Assembly: GCA_018396655.1 (NCBI GenBank)
Contig: JAGTQF010000001.1
Span: 63,844-127,843 of the forward strand
Reading direction: 5' to 3'
Origin: Candidatus Bathyarchaeota archaeon
GTDB taxonomy: Archaea > Thermoproteota > Bathyarchaeia > Bathyarchaeales > DTEX01
DNA: 64,000 nucleotides
This document shows positions 37,136 through 46,397 of the stretch, piece after piece (within the stretch, counting starts at the first letter, position 1; each line of letters begins with the position of its first letter). The notes beneath the pieces were generated by a model. It was not told the DNA's origin, searched no databases, and saw only the letters and a program-made list of their open reading frames with translations. The position numbers were made by a program, and so were the translations under genes.

Positions 37136-38377
37136 TCACTTTATTATGCCGTAGCCTATCAGTCTCCATCTTCCCATTATCTTCCGGCTTATTGCAGCCC
37201 TTGAGTTCTCTTCAGCGCAGACCGGTCGTGTGAGCTTTAGCTCCACATTTCCACCCCTAATATGTGTGACAATCCCGGTTGTAATAGCCGTCCCAACATC
37301 CAATAACAGAGCCTCCCCGATGTTTATCTGCTTAACCTCAGTCTGCTCCCTCGCTCCAACAACCCGCTCAAAGAGATGCGTCTCCATAACCAACTCATAC
37401 CTTGTTGGCGGAAGCATATCCGGCTTGCCAACAACATTCCCAGATAAACCATCAGCCTTAGTCAGCGATGGGTCCAATAGCGTGCCAACACCAACCAACC
37501 CCCCACATACAGCCTCCTCAACATATCGCCCACCAGCATGCAAGCTCATTATCCTCGTAAAGAGCGGTTCATAGGCCCCTCTGGCGGCTGGAGCGCTTAT
37601 CCCAGGTCTTATCTCAATATCTTCACCAACCCTGAATTTTCCCTGAAGTATTGAGCCTCCTACAACACCTCCAACAAGATTTTCAACCGATGTTCCAGGC
37701 TTATTCACGTCAAAGGAGCGTACAACATACATACGTGGAGGCTTATTTGGGTCTCTGGGAGGAGTTGGAATATACTTTTCTATCGCATAGAGTAGCAGAT
37801 CTATGTTGACTGAGTGGAGTGAGGAAACCGGGATTATTGGTGCTCCTTCAGCTATTGTTCCCTTTGTGAACTCGATTATCTCCCTATAACTCTCTAGGGC
37901 TCTCTTTTTATCAACTAAGTCTATCTTTGTCTGGGCTATAACTATCTTATCAACGCCCACGATCTCTATTGCAGCGAGATGCTCACGCGTCTGAGGTTGG
38001 GGGCACGGTTCATCAGCGGCTATAACCAGAATAACACCATCCATAACGGCTGCTCCAGAGAGCATCGTCGCCATTAGAGCCTCATGACCCGGTGAATCCA
38101 CAAAGCTAAGCGCTCGAACAAACTCTCCTTTAGACCCGCATCTTGGGCAAATCTCACTTGTCGAATAATTGCGTGGTGGCTCGCATGCGGGACACTTATA
38201 GACTGGAGCATCAGCATATCCAAGCTTTATTGTAATGCCCCTCTTCAGCTCCTCACTATGCCTTGCTGCCCAAACACCAGTAATAGCCTCAACAAGGGTT
38301 GTCTTCCCATGGTCAACATGCCCTATTGTTCCAATGTTTACCTCGGGTTGCCTTGGTAAGCCAGTAACTTTAGACAT
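37136..38377 (-). CDS. eif2g: translation initiation factor aIF2 gamma subunit
   Basis: The start is placed at Met15 of the ORF ([28 protein letters not shown]). It has the zinc knuckle CPACEPP...CPRCGS and EF-Tu-like domains II and III. Confidence 0.9.
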   Translation of the reverse strand: MSKVTGLPRQPEVNIGTIGHVDHGKTTLVEAITGVWAARHSEELKRGITIKLGYADAPVYKCPACEPPRNYSTSEICPRCGSKGEFVRALSFVDSPGHEALMATMLSGAAVMDGVILVIAADEPCPQPQTREHLAAIEIVGVDKIVIAQTKIDLVDKKRALESYREIIEFTKGTIAEGAPIIPVSSLHSVNIDLLLYAIEKYIPTPPRDPNKPPRMYVVRSFDVNKPGTSVENLVGGVVGGSILQGKFRVGEDIEIRPGISAPAARGAYEPLFTRIMSLHAGGRYVEEAVCGGLVGVGTLLDPSLTKADGLSGNVVGKPDMLPPTRYELVMETHLFERVVGAREQTEVKQINIGEALLLDVGTAITTGIVTHIRGGNVELKLTRPVCAEENSRAAISRKIMGRWRLIGYGIIK

Positions 38378-38491
38378 AGCAATCAACAGTATGAGGGAAC
38401 TAGACAAATATAAAGCCATCGATTAAACCATTTCGCTCCAAAGAAGCTTTTATTAGGGATTATGTCCTTTAAAGGATTAAGGTGAAACTTT

Positions 38492-39094
38492 ATGGCTAAC
38501 TGTAGCAAATGCGGCTTTAAACTACCAGAAGGCGCCATCTTCTGCCCAAACTGCGGCGCTCCAGTTGAAAGGATTGTAGAGAAACATGCAATCTCATCGG
38601 AATCCATAGAAGAACCAATAAGGCTTGGGCTGATAGGCTCGGTTCTATCGATATCAATAATGTTGCTTCTATCGCCATTAGAACAGGAAGTAAACCTGTA
38701 TTTTCTGCCATCCTTTATCTCAGCCCTAATAGTCACATACTTCTCCAAAATTAAGAGTCTGAGGGGGGCCATCATCATCGCCATGACAACATATCTCTTC
38801 ACCGATGCTATTGGCGCTTCTCTCACATTAGGTATGCTCTATGCTGAGCAACGAACACTCGCATCTCTCTATGGGAGTTACATACCATCATTAGTCGATG
38901 TCTTAATGTATTTAATTTCTCCAGTAACAGCGATAATTGCTGGATACATAGGGTTTAGGCTCTCGCCAAAGAAAAGGGAGGAACCACTGCGCGTTTATGT
39001 TAGAGAGGGGGGTTTCGGCCCAACATTATTCCATAACATTAAGATTTCCCTCAAAAAATTTAAATATGCTCTTGCTGGCTCTTATACAAGCTGA
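38492..39094 (+). CDS. zinc-ribbon membrane protein, function unknown
   Basis: 200 aa. An N-terminal zinc ribbon CSKCGFKLPEGAIFCPNCG is followed by about 4 TM spans. Confidence 0.55.
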   Translation: MANCSKCGFKLPEGAIFCPNCGAPVERIVEKHAISSESIEEPIRLGLIGSVLSISIMLLLSPLEQEVNLYFLPSFISALIVTYFSKIKSLRGAIIIAMTTYLFTDAIGASLTLGMLYAEQRTLASLYGSYIPSLVDVLMYLISPVTAIIAGYIGFRLSPKKREEPLRVYVREGGFGPTLFHNIKISLKKFKYALAGSYTS

Positions 39095-39120
39095 GTAAAA
39101 CGCTGCGTGGCGATATCCCA

Positions 39121-39396
39121 ATGAATGTGCCAAAAGAGATAAAAACCTACTGCCCAAGATGCAATAAACATACTGTGCATACAGTCTCCCTCTATAAAGA
39201 TGGTAGGCGTAGGGCACTTGCTAAGGGCGAGCGTGCACATGAACGCGAAAGGAAAGGCTATGGTGGACAAAAGTATCCTATGCTTAGACGTAAGGCTAAA
39301 ACAACGAAGAAGCAGACACTAAAGCTTAAGTGTAAGGATTGCGGCTACACCCTCCATAAGGAGGGTATCCGCCTAAAGAAGCTCACAATAGAATAG
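39121..39396 (+). CDS. rpl44e: 50S ribosomal protein L44e (eL42)
   Basis: 91 aa. YCPRCNKHTVHTV...GYGGQKYPMLRRKAKTTKKQTLKLKCKDCGY is the hallmark four-Cys eL42 sequence. Confidence 0.9.
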   Translation: MNVPKEIKTYCPRCNKHTVHTVSLYKDGRRRALAKGERAHERERKGYGGQKYPMLRRKAKTTKKQTLKLKCKDCGYTLHKEGIRLKKLTIE

Positions 39397-39413
39397 GTTT
39401 TGTTTTTATGTGA

Positions 39414-39632
39414 ATGTTAAGAGGGGTGGTTTGGGTGAGGGTTTGGGAGAAGATTATACCCAAGCCGAGAAGCAGCTTTCTCCAAGTTAAGTGTCCGGAC
39501 TGCGGCAATGAGCAAATAACATTCAGCCATGCATCATCCGTTGTCCGCTGCAATATTTGCGGCGCGGTTCTCGCGGAACCAACTGGCGGAAAAGCAGATA
39601 TAAAGGGCGATATAGTAGCTAGATTTGAGTGA
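39414..39632 (+). CDS. rps27e: 30S ribosomal protein S27e (eS27)
   Basis: [40 protein letters not shown]. The true start may be one of the in-frame GTGs at 39426 or 39435. Confidence 0.9.
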   Translation: MLRGVVWVRVWEKIIPKPRSSFLQVKCPDCGNEQITFSHASSVVRCNICGAVLAEPTGGKADIKGDIVARFE

Positions 39633-39650
39633 TAAATGCTGGAGTGAAGT

Positions 39651-40442
39651 ATGCCAATAATCAAAAGTGATGAGTGGCCTGAGGTAGGCGAACTCGTAAT
39701 ATCAACCGTTAATGAGATAACCGATTATGGAGCATACGTAACTCTTGACGAGTATGGAAAAGAGGGTTTCCTACATATATCAGAGATATCATCCGGCTGG
39801 ATAAGAAATATTCGCGATTACATTCGAGAGGGAGAAAAGGTTGTTCTGAAAGTTCTAAGGGTTGACCAAGAGCGTAATCAAATTGATTTATCGCTTAGAA
39901 GAGTTACGCAACGCGAGAAGCGCGAGAAGATTTTATTGTGGAAGAGAAGTAGGAAGGCTGAAAGCCTTTTAAGAAGCGCTTCGCAAAAGATTGGAATATC
40001 CCTCGAAGAATTATACGATAGGATCGCTGAACCGCTTGAGAAATCCTTCAGCGATATTTACGAGGGGTTAGAGGCTGCTGCTAGGGAGGGCTCTGAGGTC
40101 CTACTGAAGGCTGGCTTACCAAAAGATATAGCCAAGGTTCTCACGGAGATTGCTAAAGAGAAGATTAAGGTATCGGCAGTTAAAGTTAAGGGTGTGCTTA
40201 ACATAACATGTCTAAAGCCTGATGGGGTTCTGAGAATAAAGGAGGCTCTGTTAAAGGCTAAGGCGAGCGTTTCATCGCATGGCTCAAGCGTTAAGATATA
40301 TGTGATAGCACCGCCTAAATACCAGGTTGAAGTCACGGCTAAAGATTATAAGGAGGCAAATGCCATTTTAAAGAGAATTGCTGATACAGCCATAAACACT
40401 ATAACGAAGCTTGGAGGGCAGGGGGCATTTGAGAGTGGATAG
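39651..40442 (+). CDS. eif2a: translation initiation factor aIF2 alpha subunit
   Basis: 263 aa. An N-terminal S1 domain (GELVISTVNEITDYGAYVTLDEYGKEGFLHISEIS) is followed by the helical and alpha-beta C-terminal domains. Confidence 0.9.
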   Translation: MPIIKSDEWPEVGELVISTVNEITDYGAYVTLDEYGKEGFLHISEISSGWIRNIRDYIREGEKVVLKVLRVDQERNQIDLSLRRVTQREKREKILLWKRSRKAESLLRSASQKIGISLEELYDRIAEPLEKSFSDIYEGLEAAAREGSEVLLKAGLPKDIAKVLTEIAKEKIKVSAVKVKGVLNITCLKPDGVLRIKEALLKAKASVSSHGSSVKIYVIAPPKYQVEVTAKDYKEANAILKRIADTAINTITKLGGQGAFESG

Positions 40443-40447
40443 GAACC

Positions 40448-40645
40448 ATGGTCTGGCTACTGAGAAAATGTATTAGATGCGAAAGATATACGCTTAAAAA
40501 AGATGCATGCCCATATTGTGGTGGTGAGCTCCGCGTTCCACATCCAGCAAAGTTTTCACCTGACGATAAATATGCCATCTATAAAAGTCCCCTCAGGAGT
40601 GTAATCAATGAAGAAAACGATAATATTAGAGAAAGAGGAGATTGA
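40448..40645 (+). CDS. nop10: H/ACA RNP protein Nop10
   Basis: 65 aa. RKCIRCERYTLKKDACPYCGGELRVPHPAKFSPDDKY is the typical archaeal Nop10 zinc ribbon with the PxKFSP motif. Confidence 0.85.
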   Translation: MVWLLRKCIRCERYTLKKDACPYCGGELRVPHPAKFSPDDKYAIYKSPLRSVINEENDNIRERGD

Positions 40646-41381
40646 ACTTAAAAATCCGATTCTCATAGAGGGGCTTCCAGGTCTAGGTATGGTTGGTAGA
40701 ATTGCCGTTAAATACTTAATAAGGCAGTTTAAAGCTAGGAAATTTGCTGAACTCTATTCACCGCACTTCGCCTACTATGTTCTCGTGGATGAAAAGGGAA
40801 ACATAAACCTTCTCAAAAACGAGTTTTATTATTGGAAGAATGATTTAGGCGAGAATGACCTAATCCTCCTAACCGGCGATAGCCAAGCGCAAACCATCGA
40901 AGGTCAATATGAGGTGGCGGATGCGACGATTGAGTTTGCAAAGAAGAAGGGTGTCAAGCTAGTTATAACCATAGGTGGCTATAGGAAAGATGTTGTAGGC
41001 ACACCACAAGTCTTCGTCTCGGCAACGAGCCCAGAGACCCTTAAAAAAGCCTTGGATGCTGGAGCCATAAGCAGTCCACCTGGAAGCCCAATTGTTGGCG
41101 CTGCTGGACTACTACTTGGCTTAGCGAAATTTAGGGGTATAGAGGGAATTTGCCTTTTAGGTGAGACGCCCGGCTATATACCGGACCCTAGAGCTGCAAA
41201 GAGTGTCCTCTCTATTCTCATGGGGATGTTGAATTTAAGGCTAGATTTAACGGACCTGGATAGGGAGATTGAGAGAATCGCGCAAATAGAGGAACAGATG
41301 AGAAGGATAGAGGAGCAGCGTAGAATGGCTGAGAGGGAGATTCGAAAAATGGAGGAGGAAAAAATATCCTATATAGGATGA
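40608..41381 (+). CDS. PAC2-family proteasome assembly chaperone-like protein (COG1938)
   Basis: 257 aa. PILIEGLPGLGMVGRIAVKYL...LLTGDSQ...ITIGG, with a C-terminal coiled-coil tail. It overlaps the nop10 3' end by 38 nt. Confidence 0.7.
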   Translation: MKKTIILEKEEIELKNPILIEGLPGLGMVGRIAVKYLIRQFKARKFAELYSPHFAYYVLVDEKGNINLLKNEFYYWKNDLGENDLILLTGDSQAQTIEGQYEVADATIEFAKKKGVKLVITIGGYRKDVVGTPQVFVSATSPETLKKALDAGAISSPPGSPIVGAAGLLLGLAKFRGIEGICLLGETPGYIPDPRAAKSVLSILMGMLNLRLDLTDLDREIERIAQIEEQMRRIEEQRRMAEREIRKMEEEKISYIG

Positions 41382-41391
41382 TGTATGCGAA

Positions 41392-41964
41392 TTAAACAAT
41401 AAACTCCTGCTTAAACTTCATATATTTTTGCAGTATTCTCTTATATTCCTCCAGGTCGCTAATTGTATGATTTATTATACTTATATGAAAGTTTACGGCA
41501 TCATATATTTCCTCCTCAGAATCAGCCTCAAGAATATCGCTCTCAATCTGCTCAACTATAAGCTGCGTCAGCTCATTCCTCCTAGAGACGGACTTAAGCG
41601 AGTCTAAAATCTTCCTCCTAACCTCGTTTATCTGCGGCTTAGGCAAGTCCCCCCTAATAATTTGGTTGGCTATTTCATTTATCGTATTCTCATCTGAAAG
41701 TGGTATGCTCTTTCTTGAAGCAACCTCACCCTTAGGCGTCAAAAATATGACAAGCGGAACACTATTAACATTATAAAATTCCGTTAACTCGATGTTTTCT
41801 GGGTCCTCAACATTAATCAACCTGACCCTTATATCCCTTCGCTTCCTCTGAAGTCTCTTTATAAGAGGGATTAGGCTTCTTTTACTCTCGTAAAAGTCCG
41901 AGTAAAAGTATATTATCTCAACCTTTCCGTCAGAGCTCATACTCTCTCCCCTTTCTAAGCTCAC
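41392..41964 (-). CDS. hypothetical protein with an N-terminal thioredoxin-like fold (no CxxC)
   Basis: 190 aa. KVEIIYFYSDFYESKRSLIPL...NVNSVPLVIFLTPKGEV resembles a thioredoxin fold, but the active-site position reads SDFYES. The C-terminal half is helical. Confidence 0.4.
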   Translation of the reverse strand: MSLERGESMSSDGKVEIIYFYSDFYESKRSLIPLIKRLQRKRRDIRVRLINVEDPENIELTEFYNVNSVPLVIFLTPKGEVASRKSIPLSDENTINEIANQIIRGDLPKPQINEVRRKILDSLKSVSRRNELTQLIVEQIESDILEADSEEEIYDAVNFHISIINHTISDLEEYKRILQKYMKFKQEFIV

Positions 41965-42060
41965 TCCGAGGATGAAGCCAATTTTTAGGATTCTAATAAA
42001 TTAAAAATTAGGGAAAAATTGAAATTGTATAAGTGGTTTTGCGTCAGCGGCGAGAGCCTA

Positions 42061-43386
42061 CTAACCAGTAACCTTCTTCGGAACTTCCACCTTCTTTGTT
42101 ATCTCCTTCACTACGCCAGCTGCAATCGTTGTGCCCATGTCACGTATAGCGAACCTTCCCAGCTCTGGAAATTCTGTGTAAACTTCAAGCGCTACCGGCC
42201 TTACTGGCTCAAATCTAACAAGTGCGCTGTCCCCGGTCTTCAGGAACGCTGGTTTCTCTTCAACGGTCTGTCCGGTTCTCGGGTCTATCTTTCTTATAAG
42301 CTCAGCAAATCTGCACGCAACCTGGGCCGTGTGAACATGTAGTACTGGTGTGTATCCGGCAGCTATGGCTGTTGGGTGATAGATGACTATTATCTGCCCT
42401 ATAAACTCCTTAGCGACTGTTGGTGGATTATCTAGTGGTCCAGCTACATCACCACGTCTAATATCAGTCTTTGCTACACCCCTAACGTTAAAGCCAATAT
42501 TATCGCCAGGCTCGGCTCTCGGTATTCTCACGTGGTGCGTCTCTATAGATTTAACCTCCCCCACAACACCTGAGGGCATAAAGATGACTTTATCGCCTTC
42601 CTTAAGCACACCGGTCTCAACACGTCCTACTGGAACTGTTCCAACACCGGTTATCGAATATACATCCTGTATGGGTATCCTTAATGGCTTATCAATCGGC
42701 TTCGGCGGGATCTCAAATAAATCTAATGCCTCATAGAGCGTTGGACCCTTATACCACGGCATGTTTGGACTTGGCTTAACTAGGTTGTCGCCGGTCCATC
42801 CGGATGTCGGTATGAAGGGTATTTTAGCAACGTTATAGCCCACTAACCTGAGCATTCGGCTCACTTCATTCTTAATCTCCTCATAGCGCTCCTTGCTCCA
42901 GTTAACCGTTGGGTCATCCATCTTATTAATGCAGACAATCATTTGCCTAACTCCCAGCGTGAAAGCTAAGAATGCATGCTCCCTGGTCTGTCCTCCAGGA
43001 CCTATACCAGCTTCAAACTCTCCCTTCTTAGCTGAGACGAATAGTATCGCTGCATCCGCTTGGCTTGCTCCCGTTATCATGTTCTTCACGAAGTCTCTGT
43101 GTCCCGGCGCATCTATAATTGTGAAGAAGTATTTTGGAGTCTCAAACTTTAGGTATCGGAGGTCTATTGTTAGGCCTCTTTCTCGCTCCTCTTTGAGGTT
43201 ATCGAGTATCCAAGCATACTTGAATGATTCCTTACCCATCTTTTTTGCTTCTTCCTCATATTGCCTAACAGTTCGCTCATCAACCACACCAGTCAAATAT
43301 AGGAAGTGTCCCATTGTCGTTGACTTACCGTGGTCTACATGACCGATTATGACTAGGTTCAGGTGGGGTTTCTCTGGCTTGCTCAT
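42061..43386 (-). CDS. tuf: translation elongation factor aEF-1 alpha
   Basis: 441 aa. Landmarks are [27 protein letters not shown] and NKMD. It is full-length and collinear with aEF-1alpha/eEF1A. Confidence 0.95.
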   Translation of the reverse strand: MSKPEKPHLNLVIIGHVDHGKSTTMGHFLYLTGVVDERTVRQYEEEAKKMGKESFKYAWILDNLKEERERGLTIDLRYLKFETPKYFFTIIDAPGHRDFVKNMITGASQADAAILFVSAKKGEFEAGIGPGGQTREHAFLAFTLGVRQMIVCINKMDDPTVNWSKERYEEIKNEVSRMLRLVGYNVAKIPFIPTSGWTGDNLVKPSPNMPWYKGPTLYEALDLFEIPPKPIDKPLRIPIQDVYSITGVGTVPVGRVETGVLKEGDKVIFMPSGVVGEVKSIETHHVRIPRAEPGDNIGFNVRGVAKTDIRRGDVAGPLDNPPTVAKEFIGQIIVIYHPTAIAAGYTPVLHVHTAQVACRFAELIRKIDPRTGQTVEEKPAFLKTGDSALVRFEPVRPVALEVYTEFPELGRFAIRDMGTTIAAGVVKEITKKVEVPKKVTG

Positions 43387-43471
43387 TCTTCATCCTCCAA
43401 ACATATACCTTTGACATTTGGCTTGATTAAAATCAGCTCAATCAATTATTTTAAGTTTACTTTTCGGTTAC

Positions 43472-44515
43472 TTAAAATCTTCGCTTTTCCTCATAAAGGA
43501 ATGGGCTAGTTACATCATCCCGCCTGTCAATATACTTGATTGGATAACGTTTCTCCGGCCCTAAAAGAGATTTCGGCCTCCCTATGACCTCAAATCTGAA
43601 TAGAGTTGACTTATACCAGTATACCCCAGGGTTTTGTTTAACTGGAAAACTTAGTTTAATGGTAAATTTTTCGTAGTTTGCGTTATCATACAGGGTCTTA
43701 TATTTTGAGAAATCCCTAATGACATCTGTTATTACGCAGTTCATTCTTAGGAGCATCCTTTCAACAGCCATCCACTTCCTAAATGAGGCCTCAGCCGTTG
43801 ACAGCCCGAAATATCCAGCGCCATCATCTTTTAAGCATGCGATACCCCTAGAAAGGAAAGCTTTAAGCCCACTTAATGTCTCTAGAGGCTCTGATGAGAA
43901 GACATCAAACATGCCAACCAAGCTTTCTGGAAGGGGATTCGACACATCATACCTTTGGAATTCAATCTCTAAGCCATATCTCCTATTTATCTCCCTTATG
44001 TATTCACCAAGTCTCTCATCAATATCTAGAACGAATATTCTTGATGGGAGTCCCGTTAGAGCTAAAGCTATGCTTAACAGGTCGTCGTCGCCTACTAATA
44101 TGAAAGATTTATGTGCCAAATCATCATAATGGTGCATCAGAGCTAACCTAGCTATCACATCTTGAGCGCGCATATATCCCTGGAAGAACTCTGCTTTTGG
44201 AGCCGGTCTATCGTCAACTATCTTCAAGTAATCCTTCATTACATCCTTAAATCTCTCGTCAAATACTATTCTCTTTCCCTCACATTCACTGCATATCCTA
44301 CTCTTAAATTTTAAAAGTCTTCCATCAATCTGCTCCTTTCCCTTCTCCGTTATATATATTAAGTCTCCTTTAACATCAATAAGGCCATCTCTGAAGAGAT
44401 TGTTTACTGCGCTTATGAACTCCTTCACTGTGTAACGGTTCTCGTCTAAGAGTTCCCAGAATCCCTTACTGGACTCTAGGAGGCTGCTTAGTATTTGTAT
44501 TTCGATTTTTCTCAT
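43472..44515 (-). CDS. bpsA: N4-bis(aminopropyl)spermidine synthase (branched-chain polyamine synthase, DUF43 family)
   Basis: 347 aa. ILVGDDDLLSIALALTGLPSRIFVLDIDERL and GYFGLSTAEASFRKW closely match, from memory, the Thermococcus kodakarensis BpsA sequence. Confidence 0.8.
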   Translation of the reverse strand: MRKIEIQILSSLLESSKGFWELLDENRYTVKEFISAVNNLFRDGLIDVKGDLIYITEKGKEQIDGRLLKFKSRICSECEGKRIVFDERFKDVMKDYLKIVDDRPAPKAEFFQGYMRAQDVIARLALMHHYDDLAHKSFILVGDDDLLSIALALTGLPSRIFVLDIDERLGEYIREINRRYGLEIEFQRYDVSNPLPESLVGMFDVFSSEPLETLSGLKAFLSRGIACLKDDGAGYFGLSTAEASFRKWMAVERMLLRMNCVITDVIRDFSKYKTLYDNANYEKFTIKLSFPVKQNPGVYWYKSTLFRFEVIGRPKSLLGPEKRYPIKYIDRRDDVTSPFLYEEKRRF

Positions 44516-44858
44516 AAAAGTCCCTTCTCAACATCTTCTTCTCAATGGCTTTAGGCTTTAGCTCCTCAACCAATAAATCGAAGGCTCTAAAAGCACATTC
44601 ATCAGAACCACACGTAAATATATCCAAAGCAACATAACCATACTCAGGCCACGTATGAACACTCAAATGGGACTCGCTCAGAATATACGTGGCAGAAACA
44701 CCATGAGGCTCAAACTGATGAAAAACTGATGAGACAGCATGAAGGCCAGATTTAGAGACAACCCTATCTAAAATAGCGCGTAAATCTTCTACCCTCGCAA
44801 TCTTCCCGGGGTCCACCCCCAGGAAGTCCGCGATGATATGGATGCCCAACTTTAACAT
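44466..44858 (-). CDS. speH: S-adenosylmethionine decarboxylase proenzyme (pyruvoyl, SpeH type)
   Basis: 130 aa. It carries the self-cleavage and active-site context ILSESHLSVHTWPEYGYVALDIFTCG. The 3' end overlaps bpsA by 50 nt. Confidence 0.85.
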   Translation of the reverse strand: MLKLGIHIIADFLGVDPGKIARVEDLRAILDRVVSKSGLHAVSSVFHQFEPHGVSATYILSESHLSVHTWPEYGYVALDIFTCGSDECAFRAFDLLVEELKPKAIEKKMLRRDFYEKNRNTNTKQPPRVQ

Positions 44859-45167
44859 CCACCGCTTCTTTTATATACTTTGTCAATGAAATTGTTACTT
44901 GCCGACACTGCATACAGTGCTAGTTCTCCTTATCTCCAGAAATTATAGAGCGATTTTTTATAAATGTTTCGATTAAAAGAGATTGGATTTTTATAACAAA
45001 AGATTTTAATTGAAAACAGATAAAAGGTTAATTTCGTGAAAAAAGAAAAAAATAACCGAATATTTTTGGCATTTTAACAAAATAAATCGCTATAAATCGT
45101 TTAATTCTGCAAAGTCCTCAAAATTGTTTAATGTAAGTGTTGTGCTGCTTAGCTTTTGGCTTAATAT

Positions 45168-45371
45168 TTATGCATTCTGCATCCTTCTAAGGGTTACTAC
45201 CGAATTCAACGCGTCAATCGTTATTATCTTCACATTGTTCACTATTGTTTCCCTCATATCGGCATCTAAAAGTTTAATGTTATCACCCTCCCTAAGAATT
45301 AAAGTCACATCCTTGGCGATTAATCTCCTACCAAAATTTTGGTCCTCAACATAAACTTTTAGTAGGCACAT
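45168..45371 (-). CDS. cooT: CooT-family small nickel-binding protein
   Basis: 67 aa. It starts MCLLKVYV (Met-Cys2, the Ni-binding Cys of CooT) and has the size and beta-rich pattern of the CooT/PF10133 family. It lies 18 nt downstream of the cooC-like gene. Confidence 0.6.
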   Translation of the reverse strand: MCLLKVYVEDQNFGRRLIAKDVTLILREGDNIKLLDADMRETIVNNVKIITIDALNSVVTLRRMQNA

Positions 45372-45389
45372 TGAGCTATCTCCATCCTC

Positions 45390-46175
45390 TTAAACTTTAA
45401 TCCTCCACATACCTTCGATTATTTCTCTTAAATCATTTATCGCTGTGCTCGATTTAATTGGCTCCTTCCTTAAACATGAAATATATAATTCTCTATCGAA
45501 CCTCACCACACCATCAATCTTTAAACCTAATCTCGCAGCTTCTCCTAGAAGAGCCTCTTTAATATCTTCCGTAACTTTATTGGCTATAATCCATATGTCT
45601 TTATTCAGTTTTTTAGCTGTCTCATTTAACATTAAGGCTGTTTCTAGGGATTCTATTGTTGGGTCAACAATCACAAGTAGCCCGTCACACGCCTCCTCTA
45701 TCCTTCTGCCAACATGCTCTACCCCCGCATCAGTATCAACGAGAACAAACTCGTCCTCCATCAGTTTTAGGTTGCTCAGTAAAGCCCTTGCCAAAATATT
45801 GAATGGGCATGCACATCCCTCGCCATATTCTCTAACTTTTCCTATTGTCATCAAGCTTATTCCCTCCCTCGAGGTGGCGATGTATTCTTTGGGCAGTAGA
45901 TTAAGCCTTATTCCCTCCCTTGCCTTGGCCAGTGCACTAATTATTTTGGGTAGAGCCCTCTCCATCTCTTCCTCCTCCCTTTTACCGCCAATGTAGTCAA
46001 TTAGGGGTTTAGGAGGTTCAACGCCTAAAAAATACGGAAGCAGAATGTTAGATTCATCAGAGTCAACAACATAAACTTTGAAGTACTCAGAAAGTATCCG
46101 CGAAGCTAAAACAGTTATGGCAGTTTTTCCAGTTCCGCCCTTACCACATACCATCACCCTCATAGGGACCCTCAT
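45390..46175 (-). CDS. cooC: CooC/AcsF-type nickel-insertion ATPase (MinD/ParA superfamily)
   Basis: Deviant Walker A is VCGKGGTGKTAI. The CxC metal motif GEGCACPFN aligns with CooC1 SQCYCREN. VDTDAGVEHVGRR is also present. The ORF track extends to a TTG at 46196; ATGs lie at 46175 and 46163. Confidence 0.75.
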   Translation of the reverse strand: MRVPMRVMVCGKGGTGKTAITVLASRILSEYFKVYVVDSDESNILLPYFLGVEPPKPLIDYIGGKREEEEMERALPKIISALAKAREGIRLNLLPKEYIATSREGISLMTIGKVREYGEGCACPFNILARALLSNLKLMEDEFVLVDTDAGVEHVGRRIEEACDGLLVIVDPTIESLETALMLNETAKKLNKDIWIIANKVTEDIKEALLGEAARLGLKIDGVVRFDRELYISCLRKEPIKSSTAINDLREIIEGMWRIKV

Positions 46176-46239
46176 ACTCAACGCCTTCACACTCAATAAA
46201 TATTAGAGGCTACAGATATGCTTTGGGTAATGGTCAGTG

Positions 46240-46266
46240 ACGCTAATAAACTAAAAACATTAGCGT
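46240..46266. repeat. inverted repeat ACGCTAAT-N11-ATTAGCGT (8-bp stem)
   Basis: A perfect 8-bp inverted repeat in the 200-bp gap between the AAA-Lon gene stop and the cooC start. Its function (terminator or operator) is unknown. Confidence 0.5.
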
Positions 46267-46397
46267 ATATTGTTGTGGGCTCACTCCAGTATGACGTCAA
46301 TATCTCTAAGATTCTCTTCTCCATCTCGACAACTCTTGGCTCTTGAATACTATTTTATCGGCTCACTTCATGGGCTGAATAGAAGAGTTAACATCAT

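Noticed and set aside
38378-38826. The 14-aa leader of the aIF2-gamma ORF and the 147-aa reverse ORF at 38383-38826.
   Set aside because: aIF2-gamma homology starts at Met15 (MSKVTGLP...). The 147-aa ORF is antisense to a better-supported zinc-ribbon membrane protein (38492-39094) and has no motifs.
42019-43342. Three plus-strand ORFs (42019-42342, 42383-42736, 42893-43342) inside the aEF-1alpha locus.
   Set aside because: They are shadow ORFs antisense to an unambiguous, full-length tuf gene.
45124-45996. Plus-strand ORFs 45124-45354 and 45445-45996, opposite cooT and cooC.
   Set aside because: The minus-strand products have specific family signatures: Met-Cys CooT, and Walker A plus the CxC motif of CooC. 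The plus-strand translations are hydrophobic or Ser-rich with no motifs.
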